Source: Armatimonadota bacterium (GTDB lineage Bacteria > Armatimonadota > SYMT01). Taken from it: a stretch of DNA of 64,000 bases. Every line of letters starts with the position of its first letter. Within the stretch, counting starts at the first letter, position 1. The DNA lies in assembly GCA_041690135.1 (NCBI GenBank), contig JAWLHY010000012.1:160001-224000 (forward strand), written 5' to 3'. The translations under genes and the position numbers were made by a program. Below, one piece after another: positions 58,978 through 64,000 of the stretch. Under the pieces are notes generated by a model that was given only the letters and a program-made list of their open reading frames with translations, had not been told where the DNA came from and searched no databases.

Positions 58978-59460
58978 GTGTGGCAAGGCGGTGACAGGTT
59001 GCCTCAGAACGTTGCGATCTATGGCTATGCACCGGATATCGAAGAGATTCCGGAGAGCCTGCGCAGCATGACCGGAGAGGCTGTGCACGTAGAGGCGCAG
59101 GACGGCCAGTGGAGCAGCATCACGATACAGGGCCGGAACGCTACGCTCGTGTTCCGCTGCCTGCGGCCAGGACCGCCCCCGGACGACTTCTCGCGCGGCA
59201 TCCTCGGGATCTATAACTACGCCAAGCGTATCAAGGCAACATCGGAAGAGATCCAGAAGGAGCTGCTGCACCATCTGGCCAATGCGAAGTGCATCATTGC
59301 CGTAGTGGCCACGCCAGGCTTTGACGTCGATGCCGGGCACCCGGATCTGATTGCGGAAGTTTGCGATCGTGCCGATGGAGTTTTGTTCAATGGCAGGGAC
59401 TTCCTTAATGTGGAGTGGGACGTCCTGCTGGGCGCGGATGGAAGTAGCGAGGTGGAGTAA
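58978..59460 (+). CDS. Hypothetical protein (immunity-like); start uncertain
   Basis: Clean 160-aa ORF downstream of the remnant cassette. Confidence 0.6.
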   Translation: MWQGGDRLPQNVAIYGYAPDIEEIPESLRSMTGEAVHVEAQDGQWSSITIQGRNATLVFRCLRPGPPPDDFSRGILGIYNYAKRIKATSEEIQKELLHHLANAKCIIAVVATPGFDVDAGHPDLIAEVCDRADGVLFNGRDFLNVEWDVLLGADGSSEVE

Positions 59461-59466
59461 GGCGAC

Positions 59467-59754
59467 ATGGTGATCCGTGGAGAAGACGAGGGCTACTTCT
59501 GGTTCGATGACCCCACCCCAAATGGCCCCCCTGATAAGGAATTCTTCGACCTGGCACGGGGATTGTCCCACCTCACTGCGTGGGAGTTGCAGATTGCGTT
59601 AGACGACCTGGCGGAGCAGCTTGGAGTGGCGGCCCCGAGTGCGGAACACTTCCTGGCCACGGGTGAGCTGGACCCCTACCCCGGCGACCCTGCGGATGCC
59701 GTGAAGTGGGCGCTGCCGGCCCCCCGAAGCCGGGCCGACGCACCGGAGGGGTAG
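59467..59754 (+). CDS. Small acidic hypothetical protein
   Basis: Closely spaced after the previous ORF. Confidence 0.55.
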   Translation: MVIRGEDEGYFWFDDPTPNGPPDKEFFDLARGLSHLTAWELQIALDDLAEQLGVAAPSAEHFLATGELDPYPGDPADAVKWALPAPRSRADAPEG

Positions 59755-59947
59755 GACGATCTCCCCGACGAATGGCGCTTTGAAGCGAAGACCTTAAGAT
59801 CCCATGTCCCACATGCTAAGCTACCTTCTCCCGGTGAAGGACGCCTCTTTTAACGACCTTCTCCCGGAGGCGGATCGTGCGCCGCTGGCGGACCCGGAGC
59901 GCCGGGAGGCTCTGGGGCTGTGGGACTGCTCCATTCCCGAAAGAACG

Positions 59948-60841
59948 CTAGGCGGACCCGAGTAGCTCTCGGAGAATCGCCAATCGGGGGGAACCGGGAT
60001 CTCGCGGCAGGACTCCCCATACCTCCGCGCAGAGCGACGCGGGCGCCTGCTCCAGGGCGACGGAATGGAGTCCCGGCGACAGCACGTGCAGGTCCTGGGC
60101 GGGGGCGAGGAGAACGCCCCGGCCGGCGGCAACCAGGGCCACACAGTTCTGTCGCGGCTCGCGGTGGTACACCTGCGGATCGAACCCCGCGTCTCGACAG
60201 GCCTGGATCAGCCGGTCGTAGTACTCGGGATACTCGTGCCGCGGGTGCAGGATGAGGGTTTCGGCGGCCAGGTCGGCGAGCGCAACGCGATCGGCCCGGA
60301 CCAGTGGATGGCCCGCGTTCAATACCACCTTCAGCGGCTCCCGGTGCAGCAGGCGGCTCTCGAACTCTTCCAGCTCACTCGGTGCGTCGGCAAACGCCAT
60401 CTCCACGTAGTCGGCAGCAAGCGCTTCCTGCTGGGCCTCGCCAGCCAGTTCCACCAGGTCCACGCTTACGTCGTGGTCGCGCTCCCGCAGCCGAGTAATG
60501 ATCTCCGGCAGAATCGTCCGCAGGGCCAGCGGGGTGTAGGCGATCCGAAGGTGCCCGGTCTGCCGGCGGACGGCGGACCGTACCGAATCGCAAGCTGCCT
60601 CCGCTCGGGCGAGCACGGCTCGTGCCTCGGTCACGAAGACTTCTCCCACCGGGGTCAGGCTCACCCGGCGCGTGGTGCGTTCGAAGAGCCGCGCCCCCAC
60701 CCTCCGCTCCACCTCCCCCACGATGCGCGACAGGGGCGGTTGCGACATATGCAGGCGGTCCGCCGCCCGGCCGAAGTTCAATTCTTCCGCCAGCGTAACG
60801 ATGCAGCGGAAGTGATGCAGGTCCAGTTGATCCATATCCAT
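59948..60841 (-). CDS. LysR-family transcriptional regulator
   Basis: LAEELNFGRAADRLHMSQPPLSR...LFERTTRRVSLT. Confidence 0.96.
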   Translation of the reverse strand: MDMDQLDLHHFRCIVTLAEELNFGRAADRLHMSQPPLSRIVGEVERRVGARLFERTTRRVSLTPVGEVFVTEARAVLARAEAACDSVRSAVRRQTGHLRIAYTPLALRTILPEIITRLRERDHDVSVDLVELAGEAQQEALAADYVEMAFADAPSELEEFESRLLHREPLKVVLNAGHPLVRADRVALADLAAETLILHPRHEYPEYYDRLIQACRDAGFDPQVYHREPRQNCVALVAAGRGVLLAPAQDLHVLSPGLHSVALEQAPASLCAEVWGVLPRDPGSPRLAILRELLGSA

Positions 60842-60918
60842 CCAGTATCAAATCACGCGGAAGAAGCAAAGATCGGGAGATCAATCCAGCGTATTCTACT
60901 CTGGATGGAGGTGCAAGG

Positions 60919-61968
60919 ATGGATCGAGATTTGCTTTCCCGGCGGGAGATCCTCGCTGCGTTCGGCGGTACCGCCCTGGTCGGCGGAACGGCCGGGCCAG
61001 GCGAAGCGGAACAGGAGACGGAGATGGATGGAGCATGCGCGGCTCAGCCCGAGCCCGGCCCGTACGATGCAGTGATTGTGGGCGGCAGCTTTGCGGGGAT
61101 TTCCGCGGCCATGCAACTGGCGCGCGCCCGCCGACGGGTGCTGATCGTGGATGGCGGCAAGCCCCGGAACCGGTTCGCGAAGGCCTCGCACGGCTTCCTG
61201 GGGCAGGATGGGCGCTCTCCGGCGGAGATCCTCGCGACGGCGCGGGAGCAGGTGCTGGCCTATCCGAACGCGGCGTTCCGGCCGTCCGAGGCCACTCACG
61301 CAGGTCGGGAGAAAGGCCGCTTCCTCGTCCGGCTGCGGGATGGCGCGGAGATCTCCGCCCGGCGTCTGGTATTGGCGACGGGCGTGATCGACCACCTGCC
61401 GGAGGTGCCGGGCATGCGCGAGTTGTGGGGCACCGGGGTCTTCCACTGCCCTTACTGCCATGGGTACGAGGTCGCGGGGCGCAGGTTGGCGGTCTTCCGT
61501 ACCGGCCCACTGGCAGTCCACCAGGCATTGCTGCTCCGGGACTGGAGCGAGGACATAACGGTGCTCACTAACGGTGCCGGAGCACTGCCGGAGGAAGAGC
61601 GCGAGGAATTGCGGGCTCACGGCATCCAGATCGAGGAGGCTCCCGTGGCCGCGCTGGTGGGAGAGCGGGGAGAACTGACAGCCGTGGCGTTCCAGGATGG
61701 ACGCCGGTTGCCCTTCGGCGGCTTGTTCACGGCGCCGCGCGTTACCCTGGCGAGCCCGCTGGCGCAACAACTCGGCTGTGAGCTGGAGGAGGGACCACAG
61801 GGGCCCTGGATCAAGACCGATAACTTCAAGGAGAGCACTGTGGCGGGGGTGTATGCCGCCGGCGACGCCGCGCGCCCCATGCACAGCATCACCTTCGCCT
61901 CCGCGGATGGGGTGATGGCGGGAATCGCCGCCCACCGGTCGCTGCTGTTCCCGAAGCCGGCTTCCTAG
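60919..61968 (+). CDS. Thioredoxin-reductase-like NAD(P)/FAD-dependent oxidoreductase
   Basis: IVGGSFAGISAA, LVLATG, HCPYCHG, GVYAAGD; divergent from the LysR gene. Confidence 0.92.
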   Translation: MDRDLLSRREILAAFGGTALVGGTAGPGEAEQETEMDGACAAQPEPGPYDAVIVGGSFAGISAAMQLARARRRVLIVDGGKPRNRFAKASHGFLGQDGRSPAEILATAREQVLAYPNAAFRPSEATHAGREKGRFLVRLRDGAEISARRLVLATGVIDHLPEVPGMRELWGTGVFHCPYCHGYEVAGRRLAVFRTGPLAVHQALLLRDWSEDITVLTNGAGALPEEEREELRAHGIQIEEAPVAALVGERGELTAVAFQDGRRLPFGGLFTAPRVTLASPLAQQLGCELEEGPQGPWIKTDNFKESTVAGVYAAGDAARPMHSITFASADGVMAGIAAHRSLLFPKPAS

Positions 61969-62491
61969 CCGGATTGCTCATGTCACGGGATCTGCCGGCC
62001 TGCCGGTGGCTGGCGCCGCATTTGCGGCTGTCGTCACCCAGGCCCGGAGTTCCCTTCCGACCGGATCCAACCGGTAGTCCTCGCACCTCGAGAAGGTTCA
62101 AGATCGAATCCGGGCCCGGTCCTCTCCACGACCTTGCCGGCGAGAGACCCTACTCCGTGCTAGGGATGAACAGGGCCGCTAGGTGCTACTACTCCTGACG
62201 GAGCAGGCGTCCCGCACACGTCCGAAACGAATCCTGTATTGAAAAGTATAGCGGCTCCCGCGCAGGGTGTTCTCCTCCTGTTCATCCATTTCCGTCTACG
62301 GACCGCTCAACTCCTGGGCGGAACGGCTCAATAGGGCTCAGAACCAGCCGGCCGCACATCCTGCAGGAATTGACCGGCGAGGAAGCGCACCGCGTCACCA
62401 CCCCGTTGTCGGAAGTGATCCGCTTCCGTGCCGGAGAGTGGGGCGAGGACGCGCTTTCCGCCGGCAGCCCCGCTCTCTAACCAATCTGTCT

Positions 62492-63931
62492 TTACCGCGC
62501 GTAGGGGATGGGTCCCTTGCGGGCGTCTTCGGGAAGCGGGACCTTGTTCAGGTCCTCTCCCTGCTGCACCCTCCACGCCTCCAGCCGTTTCCGCAGGTCC
62601 GCCAGGCGTTTGGCGTGCCGTGCCTCGCCTGCCAGGTTCTTCAGCTCGTAGGGGTCCTGCTCCAGGTCGTACAGCTCCTCCGCCGGCCGCTGCCGGTAGC
62701 GGCGCACCACCTGGGCCGCCTGCGGGTCGCGCTCGGCCTTCTGTTCCCAGGAGCCCCAGTACGCGCGGCCGTCCGGCCCCGCTCCCGCGTCGATGTGCGT
62801 CTTGTAGGGAGTGTCCGGCGCCAGGTTCCGGATGAACTTGTACCGGGCAGTGCGGATGCAGCGCATCGGCGAGCGGTTCATCTGGGCATCGCCCGTGTGG
62901 GCGGCGAATACCTCGTCGCGATGCCGCTTCGCTTTGCCCTGCAGCACCGGGAGAAAGCTGCGACCGTCCAACTCCGCCGGCGCGGGCCCGCCGCCCGCCT
63001 CCACCATGGTGGGGAGCAGATCTACCAGGCTCACCAGCGCGCGGCTCGTGCTGCCGGGCCGGATCCGGCCGGGCCAGCTTGCCAGCAGCGGCGAGCGGAG
63101 GCCCGCGTCGTACAGGTTCCACTTGCCGAACGGAAACTGCGCGCCCTGGTCCGCCGTGTAGAAGAACAGCGTATTCCGCGTGTAGCCGTGTTTCTCCAGC
63201 GAGCTTCTCACGTCTCCCAACTGCCGGTCCATCCAGCTCACGTCGGTGTAGTACCGGCAGCGGACGGCGCGCGTCTCGGGTGTGTCGATCAGGTACGGCG
63301 GGAGCTGGACCTGATCGGGCGTGTACCCCTCGTTCTCCGGCCAGTACACGTGCGGCGAGTGGGTGCAAACCAGCAAGCAGAGGGGCTGCTCCCGGTCGTG
63401 CTCCGCCAGCAGGCGGTCCACCGCGCCGGTGTTCAGGTCGGTCCACAGCACGTGGTTCTTCCCCGCGGGCATCACGTTCGAGTCCGGCAGGTACTCAAAG
63501 GGGAACAGCGGTCGCGGACCGATATGCGTCTTGCCCGCCAGCACCACCCGGTAGCCCAGCTCCTTCATCCGGTGCGGCAGGGTCCGCAGCCCGTCCCGCA
63601 CCAAGCTGTGGTTGGCATGGGCGCCGTTGCGGAACGGGTAGAGCCCCGTGTAAATGGCCGAGCGCGAGGGGGTGCAGGTCGGCGAGGCGGCAAAGGCGGC
63701 ATCGAACCGCATCCCCTCCCGCGCCAGCCGGTCCAGGTGCGGGGTCCGCACGTCCTTCGCGCCATACGGACCGCAGTCGTGCCAGGTGTGATCATCCGAG
63801 AGAAAGAGCACCACGTGCGGCCGGGACGGCGCCCGCTCTGCTTTCGCTCCCTCCGCCTGACCCGCCAGGGCCGCCCCGGAGAGGAGCCCCGCAATCAGCA
63901 ATAACCCGAAACACGGCAGTCTCTTCTGCAC
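62492..63931 (-). CDS. Sulfatase (formylglycine-dependent, sulfamidase-like) with signal peptide
   Basis: PHVVLFLSDDH, CTPSRSAIYTG, GKTH, ELYDL..DPYE..NLA. Confidence 0.95.
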   Translation of the reverse strand: MQKRLPCFGLLLIAGLLSGAALAGQAEGAKAERAPSRPHVVLFLSDDHTWHDCGPYGAKDVRTPHLDRLAREGMRFDAAFAASPTCTPSRSAIYTGLYPFRNGAHANHSLVRDGLRTLPHRMKELGYRVVLAGKTHIGPRPLFPFEYLPDSNVMPAGKNHVLWTDLNTGAVDRLLAEHDREQPLCLLVCTHSPHVYWPENEGYTPDQVQLPPYLIDTPETRAVRCRYYTDVSWMDRQLGDVRSSLEKHGYTRNTLFFYTADQGAQFPFGKWNLYDAGLRSPLLASWPGRIRPGSTSRALVSLVDLLPTMVEAGGGPAPAELDGRSFLPVLQGKAKRHRDEVFAAHTGDAQMNRSPMRCIRTARYKFIRNLAPDTPYKTHIDAGAGPDGRAYWGSWEQKAERDPQAAQVVRRYRQRPAEELYDLEQDPYELKNLAGEARHAKRLADLRKRLEAWRVQQGEDLNKVPLPEDARKGPIPYAR

Positions 63932-64000
63932 CCCACCCTCCTCCCATCCCCACTGGACAAACTTCCGCGCCTTTGCTGCCACCCGGGTCCGGAAAGGTAG

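Larger units (their letters stand above)
9270..59754 (+). mobile_element. Podovirus-like prophage remnant / phage-derived particle locus
   Basis: Co-oriented lysis, packaging, head, tail and ejection genes; no integrase or att seen; boundaries approximate. Confidence 0.8.

Noticed and set aside
3090-59900. attL/attR direct repeats or a tRNA integration site
   Set aside because: None found by eye at either candidate boundary; a computational repeat search is needed to exclude short cores.

Overview
GC-rich bacterial chromosomal window. Ordinary host genes lie at both ends: hybrid histidine kinases at <1-3085 and 5142-9113, and LysR / thioredoxin-reductase-like oxidoreductase / sulfatase at 59.9-64 kb. 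They flank a ~50 kb plus-strand, podovirus-like (P22/T7-style short-tail) structural gene region at ~9.3-59.75 kb. This region encodes a GH108 endolysin, a split terminase, a tandem GroES, portal, scaffold, a Mu-gpT-like capsid, adaptors, nozzle, fibre and ejection proteins. I saw no integrase, att site or replication module; only an eroded ERF / LexA-like / XRE trio remains, separated by a host kinase gene. The most striking feature is a family of four paralogous giant 'polyvalent' proteins (A 10.1-13.5 kb, B 22.9-27.2 kb, C 29.5-31.6 kb, D 52.4-57.8 kb). They share a Pro/Gly linker carrying a 29-bp hairpin (8 copies in the window) and a conserved ~100-aa domain, followed by unrelated, more AT-rich toxin-like tips, each with a small downstream immunity-like gene; orphan tip and immunity cassettes are also present. 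Three gene blocks are each preceded by the same ~180-bp promoter-like leader, whose 3' half can fold into a covarying pseudoknotted RNA. Interpretation (inference): a domesticated or decaying phage-derived particle locus with a recombination-driven polymorphic effector system. All family assignments come from motif recognition by eye, not from database searches.
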